Assembly: GCA_965206445.1 (NCBI GenBank)
Contig: CBDBJR010000002.1
Span: 2,417,469-2,481,468 of the forward strand
Source of the DNA: Candidatus Poriferihabitaceae bacterium
GTDB lineage: Bacteria > Pseudomonadota > Gammaproteobacteria > Arenicellales > Poriferihabitantaceae
Length of the DNA stretch: 64,000 nt
Direction: 5' to 3'
Part shown: positions 11,101-23,100 of the stretch, one piece after another
Layout: each line of letters opens with the position of its first letter
How positions within the stretch are numbered: position 1 is the first letter of the stretch
The notes under the pieces: generated by a model
The model's input: the letters and a program-made list of their open reading frames with translations, nothing else
Told to the model about the DNA's origin: nothing
Databases searched by the model: none
Position numbers and translations under genes: made by a program

Positions 11101-14100
11101 AGCGCCGCACGGGTGGCGGTGACCGTGTAGGTCAGCGTGGTGGTGGTGTCTTCGGCGGTGACGATAATGTCAATGTCCAGCGGCGTGTCGATCTCCAGGA
11201 CAATATCGGCGCTTTCGCTGCCGCTGGTGACGCTGGCGCCGTTGACGGTAATCGTGGCTCTGGAGTCGGTGGCGGTCGGCGTCACGGTGACCGTGCCGAC
11301 GCTGTTGGCGAGCGCGACGGTATAGGCCGTGGTGGTGGAGTCAAACGCCGGGTTCAGGATGCCGTCGGACACGCTCAGGCCGCTCAACGTGGCGTCGGTC
11401 GAGGCGTCGTCATCCTCGACCGCGACACTGGCGCTGTCGGCGGTGCCGTCCACCGTGTAGTCGATGCCGGCGGTCACGGTCGCGGTGATGCTGCCGTTCT
11501 CCTCGTCAGTGCCGTCGTCGGTGGTGGGCACCGTCAGGGTGGCGGTGGTGGTGGTGGCGGCGATGGTGACCGACGTCGGCGCGACGCCGGCAATGAAGTC
11601 GCCCACCTGCGTCACCGTCACCAGGACGGTCAGGTCGCTCGCCGGAGCCGTGTCCGCCGTCAGCGTGAAGGTGGCCGCCGTGCCCTCGGTCACCGAGGAA
11701 GTCCCGGCGGCGATGGAGATGGCGGGCAGCGCCGCACGGGTGGCGGTGACCGTGTAGGTCAGCGTGGTGGTGGTGTCTTCGGCGGTGACGATAATGTCAA
11801 TGTCCAGCGGCGTGTCGATCTCCAGGACAATATCGGCGCTTTCGCTGCCGCTGGTGACGCTGGCGCCGTTGACGGTAATCGTGGCTCCGGAGTCGGTGGC
11901 GGTCGGCGTCACGGTGACCGTGCCGACGCTGTTGGCGAGCGCGACGGTATAAGCCGTGGTGGTGGAGTCAAACGCCGGGTTCAGGATGCCGTCGGACACG
12001 CTCAGGCCGCTCAACGTGGCGTCGGTCGAGGCGTCGTCATCCTCGACCGCGACACTGGCGCTGTCGGCGGTGCCGTCCACCGTGTAGTCGGTGCCGGCGG
12101 TCACGGTCGCGGTGATGCTGCCGTTCTCCTCGTCAGTGCCGTCGTCGGTGGTGGGCACCGTCAGGGTGGCGGTGGTGGTGGTGGCGGCGATGGTGACCGA
12201 CGTCGGCGCGACGCCGGCAATGAAGTCGCCCACCTGCGTCACCGTCACCAGGACGGTCAGGTCGCTCGCCGGAGCCGTGTCCGCCGTCAGCGTGAAGGTG
12301 GCCGCCGTGCCCTCGGTCACCGAGGAAGTCCCGGCGGCGATGGAGATGGCGGGCAGCGCCGCACGGGTGGCGGTGACCGTGTAGGTCAGCGTGGTGGTGG
12401 TGTCTTCGGCGGTGACGATAATGTCAATGTCCAGCGGCGTGTCGATCTCCAGGACAATATCGGCGCTTTCGCTGCCGCTGGTGACGCTGGCGCCGTTGAC
12501 GGTAATCGTGGCTCCGGAGTCGGTGGCGGTCGGCGTCACGGTGACCGTGCCGACGCTGTTGGCGAGCGCGACGGTATAAGCCGTGGTGGTGGAGTCAAAC
12601 GCCGGGTCCAGGGTGCCGTCGGACACGCTCAGGCCGCTCAACGTGGCGTCGGTCGAGGCGTCGTCATCCTCGACCGCGACACTGGCGCTGTCGGCGGTGC
12701 CGTCCACCGTGTAGTCGGTGCCGGCGGTCACGGTCGCGGTGATGCTGCCGTTCTCCTCGTCAGTGCCGTCGTCGGTGGTGGGCACCGTCAGGGTGGCGGT
12801 GGTGGTGGTGGCGGCGATGGTGACCGACGTCGGCGCGACGCCGGCAATGAAGTCGCCCGCCTGCGTCACCGTCACCAGGACGGTCAGGTCGCTCGCCGGA
12901 GCCGTGTCCGCCGTCAGCGTGAAGGTGGCCGCCGTGCCCTCGGTCACCGAGGAAGTCCCGGCGGCGATGGAGATGGCGGGCAGCGCCGCACGGGTGGCGG
13001 TGACCGTGTAGGTCAGCGTGGTGGTGGTGTCTTCGGCGGTGACGATAATGTCAATGTCCAGCGGCGTGTCGATCTCCAGGACAATATCGGCGCTTTCGCT
13101 GCCGCTGGTGACGCTGGCGCCGTTGACGGTAATCGTGGCTCTGGAGTCGGTGGCGGTCGGCGTCACGGTGACCGTGCCGACGCTGTTGGCGAGCGCGACG
13201 GTATAAGCCGTGGTGGTGGAGTCAAACGCCGGGTCCAGGATGCCGTCGGACACGCTCAGGCCGCTCAACGTGGCGTCGGTCGAGGCGTCGTCATCCTCGA
13301 CCGCGACACTGGCGCCGTCGGCGGTGCCGTCCACCGTGTAGTCGATGCCGGCGGTCACGGTCGCGGTGATGCTGCCGTTCTCCTCGTCAGTGCCGTCGTC
13401 GGTGGTGGGCACCGTCAGGGTGGCGGTGGTGGTGGTGGCGGCGATGGTGACCGACGTCGGCGCGACGCCGGCAATGAAGTCGCCCGCCTGCGTCACTGTC
13501 ACCAGGACGGTCAGGTCGCTCGCCGGAGCCGGGTTCGCCGTCAGCGTGAAGGTGGCCGCCGTGCCCTCGGTCACCGAGGAAGTCCCGGCGGCGATGGAGA
13601 TGGCGGGCAGCGCCGCACGGGTGGCGGTGACCGTGTAGGTCAGCGTGGTGGTGTCTTCGGCGGTGACGATAATGTCAATGTCCAGCGGCGTGTCGATCTC
13701 CAGGACAATATCGGCGCTGTCGCTGCCGCTGGTGACGCTGGCGCCGTTGACGGTAATCGTGGCTCCGGAGTCGGTGGCGGTCGGCGTCACGGTGACCGTG
13801 CCGACGCTGTTGGCGAGCGCGACGGTATAGACCGTGGTGGTGGAGTCAAACGCCGGGTCCAGGATGCCGTCGGACACGCTCAGGCCGCTCAACGTGGCGT
13901 CGGTCGAGGCGTCGTCATCCTCGACCGCGACACTGGCGCTGTCGGCGGTGCCGTCCACCGTGTAGTCGATGCCGGCGGTCACGGTCGCGGTGATGCTGCC
14001 GTTCTCCTCGTCAGTGCCGTCGTCGGTGGTGGGCACCGTCAGGGTGGCGGTGGTGGTGGTGGCGGCGATGGTGACCGACGTCGGCGCGACGCCGGCAATG

Positions 14101-17100
14101 AAGTCGCCCACCTGCGTCACCGTCACCAGGACGGTCAGGTCGCTCGCCGGAGCCGGGTCCGCCGTCAGCGTGAAGGTGGCCGCCGTGCCCTCGGTCACCG
14201 AGGAAGTCCCGGCGGCGATGGAGATGGCGGGCAGCGCCGCACGGGTGGCGGTGACCGTGTAGGTCAGCGTGGTGGTGTCTTCGGCGGTGACGATAATGTC
14301 AATGTCCAGCGGCGTGTCGATCTCCAGGACAATATCGGCGCTGTCGCTGCCGCTGGTGACGCTGGCGCCGTTGACGGTAATCGTGGCTCTGGAGTCGGTG
14401 GCGGTCGGCGTCACGGTGACCGTGCCGACGCTGTCGTCGACCGCGACGGTATAGACCGTGGTGGTGGAGTCAAACGCCGGGTTCAGGACGCCGTCGGACA
14501 CGCTCAGGCCGCTCAACGTGGCGTCGGTCGAGGCGTCGTCATCCTCGACCGCGACACTGGCGCTGTCGGCGGTGCCGTCCACCGTGTAGTCGGTGCCGGC
14601 GGTCACGGTCGCGGTGATGCTGCCGTTCTCCTCGTCAGTGCCGTCGTCGGTGGTGGGCACCGTCAGGGTGGCGGTGGTGGTGGTGGCGGCGATGGTGACC
14701 GATGTCGGCGCGACGCCGTCAATGAAGTCACCCGCCTGCGTCACCGTCACCAGGACGGTCAGGTCGCTCGCCGGAGCCGGGTCCGCCGTCAGCGTGAAGG
14801 TGGCCGCCGTGCCCTCGGTCACCGAGGAAGTCCCGGCGACGATGGAGATGGCGGGCAGCGCCGCACGGGTGGCGGTGACCGTGTAGGTCAGCGTGGTGGT
14901 GGTGTCTTCGGCGGTGACGATAATGTCAATGTCCAGCGGCGTGTCGATCTCCAGGACAATATCGGCGCTTTCGCTGCCGCTGGTGACGCTGGCGCCGTTG
15001 ACGGTAATCGTGGCTCCGGAGTCGGTGGCGGTCGGCGTCACGGTGACCGTGCCGACGCTGTTGGCGAGCGCGACGGTATAGACCGTGGTGGTGGAGTCAA
15101 ACGCCGGGTCCAGGATGCCGTCGGACACGCTCAGGCCGCTCAACGTGGCGTCGGTCGAGGCGTCGTCATCCTCGACCGCGACACTGGCGCTGTCGGCGGT
15201 GCCGTCCACCGTGTAGTCGGTGCCGGCGGTCACGGTCGCGGTGATGCTGCCGTTCTCCTCGTCAGTGCCGTCGTCGGTGGTGGGCACCGTCAGGGTGGCG
15301 GTGGTGGTGGTGGCGGCGATGGTGACCGACGTCGGCGCGACGCCGGCAATGAAGTCGCCCGCCTGCGTCACCGTCACCAGGACGGTCAGGTCGCTCGCCG
15401 GAGCCGTGTCCGCCGTCAGCGTGAAGGTGGCCGCCGTGCCCTCGGTCACCGAGGAAGTCCCGGCGGCGATGGAGATGGCGGGCAGCGCCGCACGGGTGGC
15501 GGTGACCGTGTAGGTCAGCGTGGTGGTGGTGTCTTCGGCGGTGACGATAATGTCAATGTCCAGCGGCGTGTCGATCTCCAGGACAATATCGGCGCTGTCG
15601 CTGCCGCTGGTGACGCTGGCGCCGTTGACGGTAATCGTGGCTCCGGAGTCGGTGGCGGTCGGCGTCACGGTGACCGTGGCGACGCTGTTGGCGAGCGCGA
15701 CGGTATAGGCCGTGGTGGTGGAGTCAAACGCCGGGTTCAGGATGCCGTCGGACACGCTCAGGCCGCTCAACGTGGCGTCGGTCGAGGCGTCGTCATCCTC
15801 GACCGCGACACTGGCGCTGTCGGCGGTGCCGTCCACCGTGTAGTCGATGCCGGCGGTCACGGTCGCGGTGATGCTGCCGTTCTCCTCGTCAGTGCCGTCG
15901 TCGGTGGTGGGCACCGTCAGGGTCGCGGTGGTGGTGGTGGCGGCGATGGTGACCGACGTCGGCGCGACGCCGGCAATGAAGTCGCCCACCTGCGTCACCG
16001 TCACCAGGACGGTCAGGTCGCTCGCCGGAGCCGTATCCGCCGTCAGCGTGAAGGTGGCCGCCGTGCCCTCGGTCACCGAGGAAGTCCCGGCGGCGATGGA
16101 GATGGCGGGCAGCGCCGCACGGGTGGCGGTGACCGTGTAGGTCAGCGTGGTGGTGTCTTCGGCGGTGACGATAATGTCAATGTCCAGCGGCGTGTCGATC
16201 TCCAGGACAATATCGGCGCTTTCGCTGCCGCTGGTGACGCTGGCGCCGTTGACGGTAATCGTGGCTCCGGAGTCGGTGGCGGTCGGCGTCACGGTGACCG
16301 TGCCGACGCTGTCGTCGACCGCGACGGTATAGACCGTGGTGGTGGAGTCAAACGCCGGGTCCAGGATGCCGTCGGACACGCTCAGGCCGCTCAACGTGGC
16401 GTCGGTCGAGGCGTCGTCATCCTCGACCGCGACACTGGCGCTGTCGGCGGTGCCGTCCACCGTGTAGTCGGTGCCGGCGGTCACGGTCGCGGTGATGCTG
16501 CCGTTCGCCTCGTCAGTGCCGTCGTCGGTGGTGGGCACCGTCAGGGTGGCGGTGGTGGTGGTGGCGGCGATGGTGACCGACGTCGGCGCGACGCCGGCAA
16601 TGAAGTCGCCCGCCTGCGTCACCGTCACCAGGACGGTCAGGTCGCTCGCCGGAGCCGTGTCCGCCGTCAGCGTGAAGGTGGCCGCCGTGCCCTCGGTCAC
16701 CGAGGAAGTCCCGGCGGCGATGGAGATGGCGGGTAGCGCCGCACGGGTGGCGGTGACCGTGTAGGTCAGCGTGGTGGTGGTGTCTTCGGCGGTGACGATA
16801 ATGTCAATGTCCAGCGGCGTGTCGATCTCCAGGACAATATCGGTGCTTTCGCTGCCGCTGGTGACGCTGGCGCCGTTGACGGTAATCGTGGCTCTGGAGT
16901 CGGTGGCGGTCGGCGTCACGGTGACCGTGCCGACGCTGTTGGCGAGCGCGACGGTATAGGCCGTGGTGGTGGAGTCAAACGCCGGGTTCAGGATGCCGTC
17001 GGACACGCTCAGGCCGCTCAACGTGGCGTCGGTCGAGGCGTCGTCATCCTCGACCGCGACACTGGCGCTGTCGGCGGTGCCGTCCACCGTGTAGTCGATG

Positions 17101-20100
17101 CCGGCGGTCACGGTCGCGGTGATGCTGCCGTTCTCCTCATCAGTGCCGTCGTCGGTGGTGGGCACCGTCAGGGTGGCGGTGGTGGTGGTGGCGGCGATGG
17201 TGACCGACGTCGGCGCGACGCCGGCAATGAAGTCGCCCGCCTGCGTCACCGTCACCAGGACGGTCAGGTCGCTCGCCGGAGCCGTGTCCGCCGTCAGCGT
17301 GAAGGTGGCCGCCGTGCCCTCGGTCACCGAGGAAGTCCCGGCGGCGATGGAGATGGCGGGCAGCGCCGTACGGGTGGCGGTGACCGTGTAGGTCAGCGTG
17401 GTGGTGGTGTCTTCGGCGGTGACGATAATGTCAATGTCCAGCGGCGTGTCGATCTCCAGGACAATATCGGCGCTTTCGCTGCCGCTGGTGACGCTGGCGC
17501 CGTTGACGGTAATCGTGGCTCTGGAGTCGGTGGCGGTCGGCGTCACGGTGACCGTGCCGACGCTGTTGGCGAGCGCGACGGTATAAGCCGTGGTGGTGGA
17601 GTCAAACGCCGGGTCCAGGATGCCGTCGGACACGCTCAGGCCGCTCAACGTGGCGTCGGTCGAGGCGTCGTCATCCTCGACCGCGACACTGGCGCTGTCG
17701 GCGGTGCCGTCCACCGTGTAGTCGATGCCGGCGGTCACGGTCGCGGTGATGCTGCCGTTCTCCTCGTCAGTGCCGTCGTCGGTGGTGGGCACCGTCAGGG
17801 TGGCGGTGGTGGTGGCGGCGATGGTGACCGACGTCGGCGCGACGCCGGCAATGAAGTCGCCCACCTGCGTCACCGTCACCAGGACGGTCAGGTCGCTCGC
17901 CGGAGCCGTGTCCGCCGTCAGCGTGAAGGTGGCCGCCGTGCCCTCGGTCACCGAGGAAGTCCCGGCGGCGATGGAGATGGCGGGCAGCGCCGCACGGGTG
18001 GCGGTGACCGTGTAGGTCAGCGTGGTGGTGGTGTCTTCGGCGGTGACGATAATGTCAATGTCCAGCGGCGTGTCGATCTCCAGGACAATATCGGCGCTTT
18101 CGCTGCCGCTGGTGACGCTGGCGCCGTTGACGGTAATCGTGGCTCCGGAGTCGGTGGCGGTCGGCGTCACGGTGACCGTGCCGACGCTGTTGTCGACCGC
18201 GACGGTATAGGCCGTGGTGGTGGAGTCAAACGCCGGGTCCAGGGTGCCGTCGGACAGGGTCAGGCCGCTCAACGTGGCGTCCACCAGCGAAATGGCGGTG
18301 GCGAGTTGTGCCGCACTTACCAGGAGGCAATCGCTCACACCGGCGGAGGTGGCAATGGCAGCGAAATCGTTCCGGGAGCAGACAAAATGGGCGGCGCGGA
18401 CGGTGTCGTCGATAACAAAACCGTCGACGCTGCTGGTGGCAATGTCGCCCAGAGTGTCGAGCACAGGGTCAAACACGCCGGAGGGCAAACCGGTTCCCGC
18501 CGTGAACGGATTGTTGCTCAGTGCCAAATTCATAAGGTTATCCAGGCCGTCAAAAATATCGGCAGGCAGTCCGGTGAGTCCGTTGGAGAACAAAAGCAAG
18601 GACTCGAGCGCCGTCAAGCCGTCAAAAATGTCTTCGGGCAATGTGGTGAGGCCTCTGTTGCCGGATAAGTCCAAACTCGTCAGCCCCGTCAAGCCATCAA
18701 AATCACCGCTTAGCAATGTAGAGATAGTTTGACTATTCAGAGCAAGCGTCGTAATTGAAGCCAGTTGCATTGCAGTCACACTCGTGCATTCGGTGGCTGC
18801 AGAATTCGCGATCGCATTCCGCACCTGTGCCGTGCGGCCGCAGATATTCATGCCGGCGCTGGCGGTAATAGCGATGGTGTCGGTCATCAGGTCGCTGGCG
18901 ACGGTGTGGCCGGCGGCGGCGAGGGTGACAGACAGCATGCCGTCGGCAGTGATGTCCTCGCCGCTGTACGCCAGCGTCAACGTGGCGACGGTGTCGCTGT
19001 CACGGGTGAAATCGCTCACGCTCACAGTCCCGGCGACGGTATCCGTCACGCTGAAGTGGCTTTGCAGCAGGGTGCCCGGGGCCGCCTCGTATGCGGTGTT
19101 GGCCAGCGTGACGGTGACGGTCGGCGCCGGTGTGGCAAACAGGTTGGCTTCGGTCAGCGTGCCGGCCAGGGTGGCGACCGGGATGGCGGACGGGTCGACA
19201 ATCTGGATCGTGAACATCAGCACGCCGGCGTCGGTGGTGGCGGTATCCGTGTCGCTGTCGCTGGCCGTGTAGGTGTAGGCGGCCTGCGCGGTGCCCACCA
19301 CCGGGGTGCCGGTGAGGGTGCGGTCGGCGGCGGTAAAGGTCAGACCGGTCGGCAGGGTCGGGGCGAGGGCATAGGTCAACGCGCCGTTGCCGCCGGTGGC
19401 CGACGGCAGTGTGACGGTGCCGATACTCGTGCCCACGGTGTAGGTCTGGGCGGTGACGGTCGCCGAGCCGAAATCCGGGGCGGTGTTGGTCACCGTAATC
19501 GGCAGCACATTGCCGGCGAGCAGGTCGCCGGTGCCGACGTGCGCGGACGCCAGCACCGTGACCGACAGGGTGCCACTGTCGGGAATGGCCTCGCCGCTGT
19601 GCGCCAGGGCCAGCGTCGCCACGGTGTTGCCGCTGCGGGTGACACCGCCGGCGGGCACGCTCACCGTCCCGGCGATGGTGTCGGTCAGCCTGAAGTCCTC
19701 CAGCCCCAGCGCCGACGCGTCTGCATAGGTGGTGTTTTCCAGTGTGACCGTGACCGTGGCGGTGGTGAGGTTGGCCCCGGTCAGCGCCGTCGGCGCGGCC
19801 AGCGTGGCCGACAGCACCGCCGGATTGACGGTCAGCATAAACATGAACGTGTCGCTGTCCGGGTCGCTGGCGTCGGCATCGGTCGCCGTCAGCGTGTAGG
19901 TGGTCTCCAGCTGGGTGACGGTCGGCGCGCCGGTGATTTGGCGATTGGTCGCATCAAACGTCAGACCGGTCGGCAGCGCCGGCACCAGGGTGTAGGTCAG
20001 CGAACCGTCGCCGCCGGTGGCGGTCGGCAGGGTGACGGTGCCAACGTCACGGTTGATGGTATAGATTTGCGGCGCCAGCGGCGACGTGCCGGCAAAGCTC

Positions 20101-23100
20101 GGTATTGCATCGGTGTTGTTCTCTATCGCCTGGTTCGCGAAACCGGCGACCGGGTTGCCGGCCCGATCGCGCAGCGGATTCGCCCTGGCGGTGTACGCCA
20201 GCGTCACCGTATCGGTCGATACCACGGTTGCGCTCAGCGTCAGCGTCACCGTCGTCCCGTCAATCTCCACGCCGCCGGCGTTCACCGTCGGGGCGACGCC
20301 CGGCGCCAGGGTCAGACTGTAGTCGTCCGGCATCGGCACCGAGCCGGGGTCAAGCGCCTCGCTGTAGGTCAGCATCAGCAGCGCGCCATTAATGGTTGCC
20401 GTGTCCAGTGTCGGCTCGTCGGTGTCCACTCGATTGGCGGCGACCGCGGTAATGGCAACATGGTCAAGCATCGCATCGTTGCCGACGGCGTCCCGGATGG
20501 CGCCGCTGTTGGCCGTCAGGGCGTTGCCCGCCACCGCGACCCCATCGTCATCGTTGTCGCCGTCGACCACCGTGTAGCTGAACGTCAGTACCGGCGGCGT
20601 GTCGCTGCCGCTGGTGTAGATCGCCTGGCGCGTCTCAGTGCCCACCATCAGCGGTATCTGCGGCGTGCCGCTACTGACATCCACCGTCACCGCTTCGCTG
20701 AAGGTCGCCGTCAACGTAATCGCAGTGCGGGTAGTATTATTATACGGCCCGGCGGCCAGCACCAGCCCGGTGACCCGTGGCACAACGCCGTCTACCTGAT
20801 GTTCAGCGTCAGCCACCGCCTCACTGTGCGTGCGCACCGCATCCATGCTATCGGCGGTGTCCCGAATCGCGCTGTCGGCGGGCAGGCTCAGCGCATCGGC
20901 GGCAATGCTCACGCCGTCAGTGTCGTTGTCGCCGGTGACCACCGTATAGCTGAACACCAGCGTCGTCGGGCCGCTGGCGTCGGCGTCGTAGACCGCCTGG
21001 CGCGTCTCGGTGCCCACCGTCAGCGCCAACTGCGGCCTGCCGGTGACCGCGACCTCCTCGCTGAAGGTCACCGTCGCTTCAATCACCTCGCCAATCGCAT
21101 AGATACCGTCGTCGGCAATCGAGGGCAACCCGATGGTGTCGGCATCCGAGGTCAACTCGACGCCGGTGATCATGGGCGGCGGCGGGGTGTTGTTGGTGAC
21201 CGTCCGGTTGGTGAAATTGGCGGCCCGGTTGCCGGCCCGGTCGCGCAGCGGCTCCGCCCCGGCGGTGTACGCCAGCATCACCGTATCGGTCGATACCACG
21301 GTTGCGCTCAGCGTCAGCGTCAGCGTCGTCCCGTTGATTGCCACGCCGTCGGCGGCGACCGTCAGGGCGACGCCCGACTCCAGGGTCAGGGTGTAGTCGG
21401 TCGGCGCCGGCACCGAGTCGGCATCGAGTGCATCGTTCTCGAGGTAGGACAGCACCAGCGTATCGCCGGTGACGGTGGCCGTGCTGACCGTCGGTATCAG
21501 GGTGTCCACTTGATGGGCGGCGTCCGCGACAATGGCAACGTGGTCAAGCAGCGCATCGTTGCCGGCGGCGTCCCGGATGGTGCCGCCGTTGACCGTCAGG
21601 GTGTCTGCCGTCACCGCAACCCCATCGGCAGCGTCATCGACGAGGAGCACCGTGTAGCTGAACACCAGCTCCGTCGAGCCGCTGCCGCTGGCGTAGACCG
21701 CCTGGCGCGTCTCCGTGCCCACTCTCAGCGGTATCTGCGGCCGGCCGCTACCGACGTCCACCGTCACCGCCTCGCTGAACGTCGCCGTCAGCGCAATCAC
21801 ATCGCCGCGCATCGTATACGGGCCGGTGCTGCTGATGACGACACCATCCACCGTCGGGACGACGCCGTCTACCGACTGGGCAGGGTCAGCGGCCACCGTC
21901 ACACTGTGCGTGATGGCCGCGACGACGGTGTCGTCGTCCGCCGCCCGAATCGTCCCGCCGGCCAGACTCAGCGCATTTTCATCGATGCTCACGCCGTCAG
22001 TATCCTCGTCGCCGGCGACCACCGTGTAGCTGAACACCAGTTCCGTCGAGTCGCTGCCGCTGGTGTAGGTCGCCTGGCGCGTCGCCGTGCCCACCGTCAG
22101 CGCCAACTGCGGCCTACCGGTGACGGCAACCGCCTCGCTGAAGGTCACCGTCGCCGCAATCTCATCGCCAGGCACATAGACGCCGTCGCCGGCGTTCGAC
22201 GTCAACGCTATCGCCGTGATGCTCGGCATCTCGGTGTTGTTGATGACCATCTGGTCGGTGAGATTGGCGGCCTGGTTGCCGACCTGATCGCGCAGCGGGG
22301 TCGCGTCGGCGGTGTACACCAGCGTCACCGTATCGGTCGATAGCACCGTCGCACTCAGCATCAGCCGCACCGTCTGCCCGATGATGGTCACGCCGGCGAC
22401 CGTCGGCGCAGTGCCCGCCGTCAGTGTCAACGTGTAGTCTGCCGGCGCCGGCGCCGCGCTGGCGTCGAGCACCTCGCTGTAGATCAGCGTCAAGACACCG
22501 TCGCTGACGGTTGCCGTGTCCAGCATCGGCACCACGGTGTCCACTCGATTGGCGACGACCGGGTCAATCGACTCGTGACTCAGCACCGCGTTGTTGCCGG
22601 CGGCGTCCCGGATGGTGCCGCTGTTGCGCGTCAGGGCGTTGCCTGCCACCGCAATCCCATCGGCATCATTATCGCCGACGACCACCGGGTAGCGGAATAC
22701 CAGTGCCGCCGTGCCGCTGCCGCTGGTGTAGACCGCCTGGCGCGGCTCCGTGCCCACCGTCAGCGGTATCTGCGGCGTGCCGCCACCGACCGCCACCGTC
22801 ACCGCCTCGCTGAAGGTCGCCGTCAGCTCAATCACATCGTCGGCTATATACGGGCCGCCAGCGGTCAGCACCAGCCCGGTGACCGTCGGCACGACGCCGT
22901 CTACCCGATGCGCAGTGTCAGCCACCGTCTCACCGTGCGTGATCACCGCGTCGATGATATTGGTGCGGTCTCGTAGCGCACCGCCGACGTGGCTCAGCGC
23001 ATTGGCGTCGATGCTCACGCCGTCACCGTCGCTGTCGCCGGGGGCCACCGTGTAGGCAAACACCAGCGCCGTCGTCGGGACGCTGCCGCCGGTGTAGACC

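Noticed and set aside
3940-18210. Periodic plus-strand 97-aa and 62-aa ORFs every 627 bp, which could be taken for a gene array or a CRISPR-like array
   Set aside because: They are antisense reflections of the 627-bp coding tandem repeat. There is no repeat/unique-spacer alternation and the period is far too long for CRISPR. The sense frame encodes well-formed cadherin-like and Calx-beta-like domains.
3873-18281. Diversity-generating retroelement (DGR) targeting of the array, suggested by the AAC/GAC/ACC variation in the GIL[N/D/T]P codon
   Set aside because: Most other variable sites are not adenine-specific (ctc/gtc, gcc/gac, gtg/gcg, gcg/gag/gtg, gga/aga, acg/ccg). There is no reverse transcriptase or template repeat in the window. 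The pattern fits ordinary mutation plus recombination between units.
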